A stretch of DNA of 64,000 nucleotides, taken from NCBI GenBank assembly GCA_965227295.1, contig OZ245742.1, positions 5,472,001-5,536,000 on the forward strand, written 5' to 3'. The stretch's first letter is position 1, and every line of letters begins with the position of its first letter. The translations under genes were made by a program, and so were the position numbers. The notes under the pieces are model-generated. The model was not told the DNA's origin and searched no databases. It was given only the letters and a program-made list of their open reading frames with translations. The DNA comes from Leptonemataceae bacterium. Lineage in GTDB: Bacteria > Spirochaetota > Leptospiria > Leptospirales > Leptonemataceae. Shown piece by piece: positions 18,666 to 30,615 of this stretch.

Positions 18666-20201
18666 TTACTCGATCGCCTCGTCCGGTTGCTCTTCGGCTT
18701 CCGGGTCTTCGTCGGTCATCGATTCGTCGTCCATGGTGTCGGAGTCGTCGGACATCGTTTCGTTCTCGTTGTCCTGAGCCGACTCGTCTTCCATCATGGA
18801 GTCTTCTTCCTCTTTCATGGGCGTCTCTTCCACTTGAGCCGGCGGCGTGAGGTCACCGGATTGCGGCGGAATCAGGAGTTTCTGTCCCGGGAAAATGAGG
18901 TTCGGATTGCGGATGGTTTTCTCGTTTGCCTGGTAGATGCGCTTCCAGAGACGGCCGTTGCCGTAGAACTCTTTGCGCGCGGCGATGCACCAGAGGCAAT
19001 CGGCCGGTTCTTGCTTCTTCACAACGTAAGCACGCCAGCCTTCCGGCGTTTCGGTTTCTTCGCCTTCGGAACCGTCGGTACCGCCCTCACCGATCTCACC
19101 GGCGTCACGCTTCTGCGCGGTGGCCAGCAGGTTGTACTGTTCGAAGATGATCTGCGAAAGGCGAATGGCGTCCTCGGATTCGCTGATGGACTGTTCGTAG
19201 TTGCCACTGTCGTACTCGGAAGACGCGGTATCGCGGGCTTCCTTCGCCGCGCCGAGTTGCGCGCCGATGGTATCGAGGACGTCGCCGGTCTCCTGATCTT
19301 TGCGATTGGCCGGCGTGTTGATTTCGCCGTAGTTCTTCTCAGCGTCCGAAACGGAGGTTTTTGCTTCGGCGAGTTTCTTCTCCGCGTATTGAGCTGCAAC
19401 GCGGGCCAGAAGTTGTTTCGAAGCCTCTTCGGCTTCTTTCATGGCGACGCTACCGTCTTTCAGTTTGCCGTCGTTGATCAGCGACTCGGCTTCGGAAAGT
19501 TTCGCTTTTGCCGCGGCCAGTCCGTCCGGATCCTCTTCACCGGCGCCCCACTGCTCGGCGCGCTGGAGATTCGAACGAATGCCGTCGAGAGAATCGAGCA
19601 TGTCGTCTTTCTGCGCGAGCGCGGTGTTCTTCGCGCGCTCGGCGGCCTGAGCCGCGTCGTCGAACTTACGTCCGGCGGTGCTGTAGGTGTTCAGCGCCTT
19701 TGCGCGTCCGCTGAGGTTGGCGGTAGGATCTTCGGCGGTGGAGCCGGCAGACTTTTGCTGCCCGGCATCGCTCTGCAGCTTGCTGCCTTCGCGATACAGA
19801 GTCTGGGCCGCTTCGTAGTCCTGCGCGGCGAGGACTTCGGCGTAAGCCTGCTCGGCTTCTTCCATAGTCTCTTCGGCGGTTTCTTTTTTAGAAGCGACCA
19901 TCTTCGGAGCCGAGGTCTCGCGCGCGTTCAGTGCCAGGCCGGTCGCCTGAAGGGCTGCCGTCTGTGCGCTTTCGTAGTCCTCATCCGCGAGGGCGCGGTG
20001 CGCGTTCAGCAACTGCAACCGGGCTTGTTCGTAGGTTTCGGTCGCGTACTGCGGCGCGCCGTCTTCCTGCGCCGCGTCGATCTGGATGCGCGCCTCGGCG
20101 AGTTCCTGAACGGGAATGGCTTTGCCGCAGTTTGCGCCCGTGGCGGCCACAACCGCCAACAGGGCCGCAATGACTACGACTCTGGGATGATAAAGATTCA
20201 T
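18666..20201 (-). CDS. lipL71: LipL71/LruA-like lipoprotein with coiled coils and a C-terminal LysM domain
   Basis: Lipobox GANC, helical repeats, LysM PADCLWCIA...LWKRIYQAN..IRNPNLIFPGQKLLIP; adjacent to STAS and tgt genes as I recall for Leptospira. Confidence 0.75.
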   Translation of the reverse strand: MNLYHPRVVVIAALLAVVAATGANCGKAIPVQELAEARIQIDAAQEDGAPQYATETYEQARLQLLNAHRALADEDYESAQTAALQATGLALNARETSAPKMVASKKETAEETMEEAEQAYAEVLAAQDYEAAQTLYREGSKLQSDAGQQKSAGSTAEDPTANLSGRAKALNTYSTAGRKFDDAAQAAERAKNTALAQKDDMLDSLDGIRSNLQRAEQWGAGEEDPDGLAAAKAKLSEAESLINDGKLKDGSVAMKEAEEASKQLLARVAAQYAEKKLAEAKTSVSDAEKNYGEINTPANRKDQETGDVLDTIGAQLGAAKEARDTASSEYDSGNYEQSISESEDAIRLSQIIFEQYNLLATAQKRDAGEIGEGGTDGSEGEETETPEGWRAYVVKKQEPADCLWCIAARKEFYGNGRLWKRIYQANEKTIRNPNLIFPGQKLLIPPQSGDLTPPAQVEETPMKEEEDSMMEDESAQDNENETMSDDSDTMDDESMTDEDPEAEEQPDEAIE

Positions 20202-20424
20202 GGCTTACTCCTGGTGCTCTCTTCTCTTGTTTCGATGCTGTGTTATGAATGCAAACGCGGTGCAGTAGCAATCGCACCGCGGAAGATCCGCGTGATTATG
20301 GCAGAACTACACAGGCCCCGCGCCCGGATCAAGGATTAATAGTGATGGTAATGGCAATGAGAGATGGGCCGTCGCCTCACCCGGACAGGAATGCCCGTCC
20401 CGGGAAAGACACGGCTCTGACGCG

Positions 20425-20760
20425 TCACTTGAACGCAGCGACCGCGTCACCTTCGGAGTCATAGATCTCAAAGAAGGAGGTGAGCTTCGTCAGCTCGAAG
20501 ACCTTGCGAACCGATCCAGAGACGTTGATGATCTTCAGGCCACCCTGGTATTTCTTCAGGTTCGAGAGACTGGAGATCAGAGCGCCGATTCCGGAAGAGT
20601 CGATGTAAGAGACCCGGTCGAGGTTGATGATGACGTTGTACTTTTGTTCTTCGATGAGCTTGTTGATCAGTTCTTTGATTTCGGGTGCGTTGTAGAGATC
20701 GATCTCACCGTTCACATCGAGGATGGTGATGTCGCCGTTTTCTCTTCTAGAGATTTCCAT
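20425..20760 (-). CDS. STAS-domain anti-sigma factor antagonist
   Basis: GEIDLYNAP, VSYIDSSGIGAL phospho-Ser motif. Confidence 0.93.
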   Translation of the reverse strand: MEISRRENGDITILDVNGEIDLYNAPEIKELINKLIEEQKYNVIINLDRVSYIDSSGIGALISSLSNLKKYQGGLKIINVSGSVRKVFELTKLTSFFEIYDSEGDAVAAFK

Positions 20761-20874
20761 AAATGTGTTCGACCCAGGTATGGTATCGGGGTCCCCCCGT
20801 AGCGCTGAGTATATCTATATAGACCGTCTTACAACAGTTATTTCCATCGTCTCTGTCAACAGAAAAAATTAAGT

Positions 20875-22026
20875 CTAAGCGGGGATTTTTTGCCAGTCCG
20901 CGTAAAAGCGGTCAAATTCTCCGGCAATGATGGCCGCGCGCATATCGTCCATGAAACTTCGCAGAAAATACAAATTATGAAACGTCGCCAGCATGGGCCC
21001 GAGCATTTCGCCGGCCTGGAAAAGATGACGGAGGTACGCGAGACTGTATCGACGGCAGGTCCGGCACCCACACGCCGGGTCCGGCGGGCCATCGTCCTCG
21101 GCGTGGACCCGATTGCGCACATTCACTTTGCCCCGGGAAGTGAAGAGCTGGCCGTTGCGCGCGTTCCGGGTGGGCAGGACGCAGTCAAACATGTCCACTC
21201 CGTGACGGACCGCCTCCAGAAGATCGGGAACGGCGCCGACCCCCATGAGGTAGCGCGGCCGGCGCGCGTCCAACTGCGGCCCCAGGAACTCGAGCATGGC
21301 GTGCATTTCTTCGCGACTTTCGCCGACGGAGAGCCCGCCGATGGCCACGCCGTCGAAATCCAGACCCGATATATATTCGAGGGATAATCGACGGCGCTCC
21401 TGGTCGAGGGCGCCCTGGAAGATACCGAACATACGCTGGCGCTCCGGGTCGAGCTCTCCAGCATCGATCAATCGGCGGCGATATGCGACGGCGCGGTCGG
21501 CCCAACGATGGGTCCGCGCCAGGGCCGCATCCACGCGCTCGGGAGTACCGTCCCCGGGTGGACAATCATCGAGCATCATCATGATGTTCGAACCTAATGC
21601 GCGTTGAATGTCGATGACCCGCTCCGGCGTGAACAGATGGCGACTGCCGTCGATGTGCGAGGCGAACTCGACACCGTCTTCATGAAACTTCACTCGATCC
21701 GCAAGGCTGAAGACCTGGTAACCGCCGCTATCCGTGAGAATGGCTCCGTTCCATCCCCCCATAAAGCGATGCAGTCCGCCCCGGCGTTCGATGAGTTCGT
21801 GTCCCGGGCGCAGAAAGAGATGATACGTATTGCCGAGGATGAGTTTGTATCCGATCTCTTCGAGATCTTCTAAATACAATCCCTTTACCGTACCCACGGT
21901 CCCCACGGGCATGAAGACCGGTGTAGGAACTTCGACACCACCGGCGAGGCGCAACCGTCCGGCGCGCGCGGTGTTATGCGGCCCGGAGTCTTCGGCTTCG
22001 ATCTGAAAAAATGGCGAGGATGTCAC
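20875..22026 (-). CDS. tgt: Queuine tRNA-ribosyltransferase
   Basis: TPVFMPVGT, LGNTYHL, TDSGGYQVFS, DMFDCVLPTRNAR, CxCxxC zinc site. Confidence 0.97.
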   Translation of the reverse strand: MTSSPFFQIEAEDSGPHNTARAGRLRLAGGVEVPTPVFMPVGTVGTVKGLYLEDLEEIGYKLILGNTYHLFLRPGHELIERRGGLHRFMGGWNGAILTDSGGYQVFSLADRVKFHEDGVEFASHIDGSRHLFTPERVIDIQRALGSNIMMMLDDCPPGDGTPERVDAALARTHRWADRAVAYRRRLIDAGELDPERQRMFGIFQGALDQERRRLSLEYISGLDFDGVAIGGLSVGESREEMHAMLEFLGPQLDARRPRYLMGVGAVPDLLEAVRHGVDMFDCVLPTRNARNGQLFTSRGKVNVRNRVHAEDDGPPDPACGCRTCRRYSLAYLRHLFQAGEMLGPMLATFHNLYFLRSFMDDMRAAIIAGEFDRFYADWQKIPA

Positions 22027-22034
22027 GGCGCTGT

Positions 22035-23273
22035 TCAGTTCGGCGCGGGCAGTCGTTCGATCATGCGCAGGATGCGCAGTTCGTCGGGGCCCGGCGGGCT
22101 ATCCTGATGATACCGTCGATACCAGGCCGCGAGATTGCGCAAACGTTTCTCCAGGGCGCGCTGTTTTTCCAGCTCCACCCCGGTGCGCGGTCCCTCGTGT
22201 TTGAGCACGGACATCTCGTAGACCCGACCGTAGTGCAGCAGGGCGATGCGATACAACTCGGCGCGCCGGTAGGCCGGTTCGCGTTCCAGGAGTTCCATCA
22301 GCAGTTTTTCGGCCTCGTCCCGTGATGCGTCATACCGCGCACGTTCGTCCGAACTACTCTGCGCAGCGTAGTAGATCGTGCGCAGATAGTGCGCGCGAGC
22401 CAGGCGCAGCAGGATGTCCGCGTGATCCATGCCGTCGTCGCGACCGAGCTGCCGCGCCACATCGCCGATTTCCACAATGCGATCCAGGTACGTAACCAGG
22501 TTCGCCCCGCGCGAGGCTTCGTTGCGCCGCAGTTCGTAGGCCAGGTATAGAGCGTCCATGTAGTTGCGGTAGTACTGGTAGGCCTCGTACTCGTAGCGGA
22601 AGTTCACGCGATTGCGCCAGGCCTTGCGGTACTCACCCAGAGCGCGCTCCGGTACCTCGCGACCGGAATCTCGCGCCATCGACAGAAAGAGATCACCCAG
22701 AGCGGCGTTGGCCTCGGGCAACGTCCGGTCCGCGACGAGCGCGGCGTTGTAACTGGAGATGGCGCGTTCGACGTCGCCGCGATTCGCAAAGTGATCGCCG
22801 CGTTTTTTCAGAACGTAAGCGCGTTCCAGATTCTCGGTATCCAGCGTGCGCGCGACGAACTGCCCTTCCCGCACGCGCAGCAGAATGCCGGTGCCGGTGA
22901 GTACCCAGCCGTAGAACGGATTATACAAAATGGAACGCACGCGGATCTCGCCGACGATGAGGCCGTTGCGGTACTGTTTGTGGTGCGGATTCTTATCGAC
23001 GATGTAGAGCAATTGCCCTTTCTTCAGGCCGCGCCGGTTCTGGACCTTGACGGTTACCTGATCTTCGCGGGTATCGTAGCCGCGGAATGGTTCCTTTTCC
23101 TGGGGCGTGGCGACCTTGGTCTTACTCTGGATCTCACCGACCAGGATCATCCGCTGCGGCGGCTCGGTCTTGAAGTTCCGGAAGGCGTAAATGATCTCGT
23201 TGCGCTGGGCGTGCCCCGCGGAAGGTACAAGCAGGATGAGCACGGCGATGATTGCGGCGAAGATCGAACGCAT
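22035..23273 (-). CDS. Exported TPR-containing hypothetical protein
   Basis: Signal peptide ending GHA; TPR-like RGDHF..RGDVERAISSYNAAL. Confidence 0.7.
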   Translation of the reverse strand: MRSIFAAIIAVLILLVPSAGHAQRNEIIYAFRNFKTEPPQRMILVGEIQSKTKVATPQEKEPFRGYDTREDQVTVKVQNRRGLKKGQLLYIVDKNPHHKQYRNGLIVGEIRVRSILYNPFYGWVLTGTGILLRVREGQFVARTLDTENLERAYVLKKRGDHFANRGDVERAISSYNAALVADRTLPEANAALGDLFLSMARDSGREVPERALGEYRKAWRNRVNFRYEYEAYQYYRNYMDALYLAYELRRNEASRGANLVTYLDRIVEIGDVARQLGRDDGMDHADILLRLARAHYLRTIYYAAQSSSDERARYDASRDEAEKLLMELLEREPAYRRAELYRIALLHYGRVYEMSVLKHEGPRTGVELEKQRALEKRLRNLAAWYRRYHQDSPPGPDELRILRMIERLPAPN

Positions 23274-23358
23274 ACTGTGTATCGTATCGGCAGATCGCGG
23301 CGGGGGCTCCAGGAAAGATTTACCACCGAGGCACAGCGTTCACTGGAAAGATTCGAGG

Positions 23359-24117
23359 TTACCGAAAGTACCAGCGCAACGGCTCCGGCAATTCGCGCGC
23401 GGCGAACTCCAGGTGTAACACGCGTCGGCGGCGGTCGTGGCCGGTTTGCGACGACCGCGACGAATGCAACAGCAGCGGCCTCATGGCCAACACGCTGCCG
23501 GCCGCGCCGGAGCACAGCACGCCGTCGCCGTCGGTAGTGAGTTCCGCGACGCGCTCCGGTCCGAGGCGCCCGTGGCGATGACTGCCGGGTTGTACGGTTA
23601 AGGCCCCGTTCCCGGCGTCGCAGTCGTCCAGACGGATGCGCAGTGTCAAAATCTGTTCGAGCAGATCACGCGGCGGCTCGACGTGACAGACCCCCGATTT
23701 TTTCGTCCACGCCTGGAAGCCGGCCGCATTAAGACCGGCTCGCTCTTCCGGGGCGATGTCGTGCACGGCGATGGTTTGATCCTGATGCCAGAGGACGTTC
23801 CAGTTGGCCTCGGGTGGTTTATCAAAGTAAATGCAACGCACGGCGAAGTACCCGGCTCCGAGGATCGGTTCTGCCAGCGTGCGCAACTCCGGCCCCGTCG
23901 CGACATCGCGCACGTAGTCCGAGTCCCGCAGGAGATTGCGAATGGCGTAGACATCCCGGCGCCGCCGCACGTCGGCGGTTTCCGCCCGGGCCCGGGCATC
24001 CAGATGCGCGCGCAGTTCGGTGACGCGTTCCGCGGAAAAGACGTCGCTCACCCGGGCGAAACCATCGCGCTCGATTTGCCGTGCATAGCCGTCGAGGTCG
24101 ACCGTCGTTCTCATCAT
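23359..24117 (-). CDS. Phytanoyl-CoA dioxygenase (PhyH) family Fe/2OG enzyme
   Basis: WHQD, NGAL.V.PGSH, LLLHSS, RRVLHLEF. Confidence 0.88.
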   Translation of the reverse strand: MMRTTVDLDGYARQIERDGFARVSDVFSAERVTELRAHLDARARAETADVRRRRDVYAIRNLLRDSDYVRDVATGPELRTLAEPILGAGYFAVRCIYFDKPPEANWNVLWHQDQTIAVHDIAPEERAGLNAAGFQAWTKKSGVCHVEPPRDLLEQILTLRIRLDDCDAGNGALTVQPGSHRHGRLGPERVAELTTDGDGVLCSGAAGSVLAMRPLLLHSSRSSQTGHDRRRRVLHLEFAARELPEPLRWYFR

Positions 24118-25487
24118 TTTAATTTATCGCCCAATTTACACTTCGGGTATTCCCCCGGCGGCAACTCGGCGCCGAGCCAGCCGAAGGCCGGCATGGCCTG
24201 CACGACGTGAATGCCCCACGATGAAATAAACAGCGGGCACTCCGTGATCTTGTTCCGGCAGATCATTTGCGCGGCGTCGAGGGGACGCGGGTAGGCCCAG
24301 GCACTCGGCGGATGCAGACACTCGTTTTCGACCCGGGCAATGGCTTCGACTCGCGCGGCCTCGCGTTGGTACTCGTGAAAGGTGGCGATGATCGAATGTG
24401 CAATGCTCCGATCGAAGACGCCCTTGCCGGAATAGTAGGCGATGTAATAGACACAGTCTTCGGCAAACTGTTCGCGATTGTGTCGGCGGCGCGAGATGTC
24501 GTCAACGTAACGAGCGATGCGCAGAATGTCCGTGATGCGCCGGGACCGTTCGCCGTCATACGGCGGCACGGCGATGCCGTCTTCCGGCGGTTCCTCTTTC
24601 TGCTGCGACTTCGCCTCCGCATCTTCCGCTTCATCTTCGCCGGGCGGATTCGATTCTGCCTCGTCTTCTTCGTCGGCGTCCAGCAGCGACGGGAGCGCCG
24701 CGCCCTCTTCTTCGGTTTCGTCGAGCAACGCGTCGAAGGCCGCCCCGGCAAATTGTGCCGGCAGCGATTCGTCCGCCGCCGCTTCGGAGGCGTCAGACCT
24801 TTCGTACTCCAGGTCCGCCGGATGTGCGGCCACGGCTTCGAGACATTCCTCGGGTAGGTCAAAGACTTTTGCGAACTCCGCGCACGTACGCGCCACGCGT
24901 CGCTTCTGTTCCCCGCCGATCACCGGAAAACGCCACGCCCCGGAATCCGCGAGCGCCAGGTCCGCACCGAGGCCGGCCAGAAAGGCGTGACGACGCAGGT
25001 ACTGCACGGGCGGCTTCACCCCGACCGCAATAAACAAACACAAGAGGCCCAGGCCCGTCACGTGCGCGAAGAACTGCGGATCGAGGACCGACGCCCGATA
25101 GAGGACCAGGATCAACGTGCGACTGCGCAGGGCGGACTCGACCAGGTCGCGATAGTTGTAGCTGCCCGCATCGCGCAGCACGCGGGTGAAACCGGCGGTG
25201 TTTTCCGGCAGGCGATGGAACATGCGTCCCGCCAGATGCGATCGCAAGCGGGCCAGCAACTCGCCCGTGATACGCACTCGAAAACGCTGGAGATAGCTGC
25301 CCTCCAGTTCCTTGAGGCGCGTCATCTGCGAGGCGCGCACGGGGACGTGTTTTTCGATGAGCGTGTGCCCGTTGTTGTCCCGTACGGCCCGATCAAACTC
25401 CAGCCGACCGAACATCTGAAAGTCCTCGCAGAACTGCGTGAGTTCGGCGTAGGCTTCGAATTCGATGACGTTCGTCCCGATCTTCAC
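24114..25487 (-). CDS. Hypothetical protein with acidic linker and C-terminal Cys-containing domain
   Basis: 457 aa ORF with a 4-nt overlap with the next gene. Confidence 0.7.
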   Translation of the reverse strand: MKIGTNVIEFEAYAELTQFCEDFQMFGRLEFDRAVRDNNGHTLIEKHVPVRASQMTRLKELEGSYLQRFRVRITGELLARLRSHLAGRMFHRLPENTAGFTRVLRDAGSYNYRDLVESALRSRTLILVLYRASVLDPQFFAHVTGLGLLCLFIAVGVKPPVQYLRRHAFLAGLGADLALADSGAWRFPVIGGEQKRRVARTCAEFAKVFDLPEECLEAVAAHPADLEYERSDASEAAADESLPAQFAGAAFDALLDETEEEGAALPSLLDADEEDEAESNPPGEDEAEDAEAKSQQKEEPPEDGIAVPPYDGERSRRITDILRIARYVDDISRRRHNREQFAEDCVYYIAYYSGKGVFDRSIAHSIIATFHEYQREAARVEAIARVENECLHPPSAWAYPRPLDAAQMICRNKITECPLFISSWGIHVVQAMPAFGWLGAELPPGEYPKCKLGDKLK

Positions 25488-25610
25488 GTGTGTAAAGCAT
25501 GATAGGCCGATTCACGTTCTGCAATCATAAAAGCGGACCACCGCAAGGAGCGAGGCGTCGCGGGGCAAAAACGACTGGTCACCACGCATCCTGGGAGCAT
25601 CCCGGTAAGC

Positions 25611-28343
<2,733 letters not shown>

Positions 28344-28397
28344 CTGTATCTGTCGGTTTTTTGTTGCCGTCTATCCGCGTTTACTGTAGAGACCGTC

Positions 28398-29081
28398 ATG
28401 CAAACGTTAAATTTTCTAAAGTGCGTGGCCGTGGCCACGGCCTTGCTGTTGTTCGGCGCCTGCCGATCGGCACCGCCGGTCCAGCCCATTGCGGACCAGG
28501 CGACGGTTCTCGTCGCTCAAATCCAGATCAACCCCATCATCAATCCAGGGGGCTTATTGTCGATCCGCGCCAGCCGCGCCTGGTTTGCCCGCCTGGACGG
28601 CAAGAAGGTCGACTCGATCAGTGAGGTGATTCCGGCGAACTGGGTGACCGACGACCGCGCCTATCTGTTGAATGCACCTCCGGGCGAATACGTCCTCGTG
28701 GCCGCGTACTATGAGCAACAGAAGCAGTCGAATTCCGCGAGCACCGGTGTCGGCGGCGGTACGCTCACCGTCACGGTCTCCCACACGCCGCGTTACCTGG
28801 TCCTTCTGGACGGGGACTCCATCGACGCCACCCGCACCACGTCCGAAAAAGGCAAGGTCACGATTATGGGGAAAGTCGAGTTGGGTCTTCAGATGGATCG
28901 CAATCTGACGCCGATTCATAACCGGGTTGCAAACCTCATCGGCAATGCCGGCTACCAGGGCGGCATCAACAAAACGAAGGGGCGACTGGAATCCGGCGCA
29001 ATGGCGGAAAGCGATCGCCTGGAGATCCTGGAAGAAGTCCAGAAAGACTTCGCGGATTCCGCGTGGGCCTCGTATCTTTAG
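28398..29081 (+). CDS. Hypothetical lipoprotein
   Basis: Lipobox LFGAC. Confidence 0.72.
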   Translation: MQTLNFLKCVAVATALLLFGACRSAPPVQPIADQATVLVAQIQINPIINPGGLLSIRASRAWFARLDGKKVDSISEVIPANWVTDDRAYLLNAPPGEYVLVAAYYEQQKQSNSASTGVGGGTLTVTVSHTPRYLVLLDGDSIDATRTTSEKGKVTIMGKVELGLQMDRNLTPIHNRVANLIGNAGYQGGINKTKGRLESGAMAESDRLEILEEVQKDFADSAWASYL

Positions 29082-29134
29082 AGTACTTTTTTTGGTTGTT
29101 TGATTCGAACGTGTTTCCGTTACTGACTGTATCT

Positions 29135-29260
29135 ATGTCCGATCCCCGGAACATCTTTCGCGCGCGCTTTTCGCGTTCGCTAACCGCTACCCGCGTGTGG
29201 TCCAAGCACGTTGTCGTACCGGTCATGCCCGGGGCTTCGGAGAGTGTGCGTAGTCTGTAA
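29135..29260 (+). other. Candidate 41-aa leader peptide (MSDPRNIF...KHVVVPVM...VRSL)
   Basis: Short ORF followed by a hairpin and an intrinsic terminator just upstream of the EamA gene. Confidence 0.3.
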
Positions 29261-29284
29261 CCAGTTACACACGATCACACCAGC

Positions 29285-29320
29285 AAGAGGCCGCGGGAAC
29301 CACCGCGGCCTTTTTTGTTT
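29285..29320 (+). terminator. Intrinsic terminator (possible attenuator)
   Basis: AAGAGGCCGCGG-GAACCA-CCGCGGCCTTTTTTGTTT. Confidence 0.82.
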
Positions 29321-29374
29321 CTTCCGGAAACAGAAGCCCGCGGCCCACGGCCGATGCGCAGGGAGGAAACCAAA

Positions 29375-30394
29375 ATGAACAGTGACGACGGCGGGGACGG
29401 CGGGCAAAGCGCCGCCGCGCAAAGAGCACGCTATCTCTGGGTGGGCACGATCATGGCGATCGTGGCCGCCTTCGGTTTTTCGTTTAAGTCGATCTTCGTG
29501 CGTCTGGGCTTTGAGGCCTACGGCAACGACGGTCTGGACACGGTAACGCTCATGCTCATGCGTTTCTCGCTGAGCGCGCCGGTTTTTCTGCTGCTTCTGT
29601 GGATCACCGAAGGAGCCGCCGGTTTTCGCCTTTCGAAGCGGGAACTGATCGTCTTTCCACTCCAGGGCGTCATCGGCTTTTGCGGTTCCATGTTCTTCTC
29701 GTTTCAGGCCATCGCGGCCCTCGGGGCGTCTCTCGCGACGTTGATTGTATTTTCGTATCCGGCGCTGGTGATTCTTACGTTAGGTTTACTCGATCGCAAG
29801 TTACACATGCGGCAGATATTCGCCGCGCTGCTGTCGTTCGGCGGCCTGGGGCTGATCGTGTTACCGACGAACGGGTCGGGCATTTCGGCGTTCTCCATGA
29901 ACGGTACCGCGCTCTGGCTCGGCGTGCTCTACGGCCTGGCCGCGGCGGGTTGCTTCGCGTTTTACAACGTGCTCACGGACCGCTGTTTGCCCGGCGTATC
30001 GCCGGTGAAGATGGCCACGGGCGCGCTCACGGCGGCGACCCTGTTCATGATGCTCGGTTTCGGCCGGCGCGAGTACCCCATGATCGCCGGCGCCTGGGGC
30101 GTGGCCGGCCTGCTCGCCATCGTTGCCGGGGTGGTGCCCTTTTTGTTTTTCCTGTACGCCATCCGGCGGCTTGGAGCCGGGCCGGTAACGATCATTAACT
30201 TACTCGGACCGGCATTTAACGTTCTGTGGGCGTTCCTGTTTTTCGATGAATCGAAAACGGCCCTGCAGTTCGGCGGCATCGCTTTGATCTTCGCCGGCGT
30301 CGTAAGTTTGCGACTGAATCCGTTGGAGCGGCTGCGGGGCTTCGCGAGGTACTGGAGGAAACCGGGCGTCTGCGCGCGCGTGGCGGGGAAGTAG
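29375..30394 (+). CDS. DMT/EamA family transporter
   Basis: About 10 TM segments in two EamA repeats; GGAGG RBS before ATG 29375. Confidence 0.9.
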   Translation: MNSDDGGDGGQSAAAQRARYLWVGTIMAIVAAFGFSFKSIFVRLGFEAYGNDGLDTVTLMLMRFSLSAPVFLLLLWITEGAAGFRLSKRELIVFPLQGVIGFCGSMFFSFQAIAALGASLATLIVFSYPALVILTLGLLDRKLHMRQIFAALLSFGGLGLIVLPTNGSGISAFSMNGTALWLGVLYGLAAAGCFAFYNVLTDRCLPGVSPVKMATGALTAATLFMMLGFGRREYPMIAGAWGVAGLLAIVAGVVPFLFFLYAIRRLGAGPVTIINLLGPAFNVLWAFLFFDESKTALQFGGIALIFAGVVSLRLNPLERLRGFARYWRKPGVCARVAGK

Positions 30395-30399
30395 GAAGT

Positions 30400-30565
30400 G
30401 ACTCCGAGGACCGAGGTTCCGAGGGAAGAGTTGGGAGAGGGATTGGAATCGTGAGAGTCGGTTACGTATGTATGGATGATTCAAAATTAGATCATCCATA
30501 GCCCGTAAACGACCGGACCACGAAAACCCTCCCTTCTTCCCCTCGGTACCTCGGTCCTCGGAGTC
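30400..30565. repeat. CCGAGG hairpin element, copy 3 (166 bp)
   Basis: GACTCCGAGGACCGAGGTTCCGAGGG ... CCCTCGGTACCTCGGTCCTCGGAGTC; inner TATGGATGAT/ATCATCCATA stem. Confidence 0.92.
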
Positions 30566-30615
30566 TATCCCCGCGCGCGTTTAATTTGGCCGGCACGCTC
30601 TCCGATACGATATCC

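Noticed and set aside
18687..20339. 550-aa plus-strand ORF
   Set aside because: Antisense shadow of the LipL71-like gene with no recognisable motifs.
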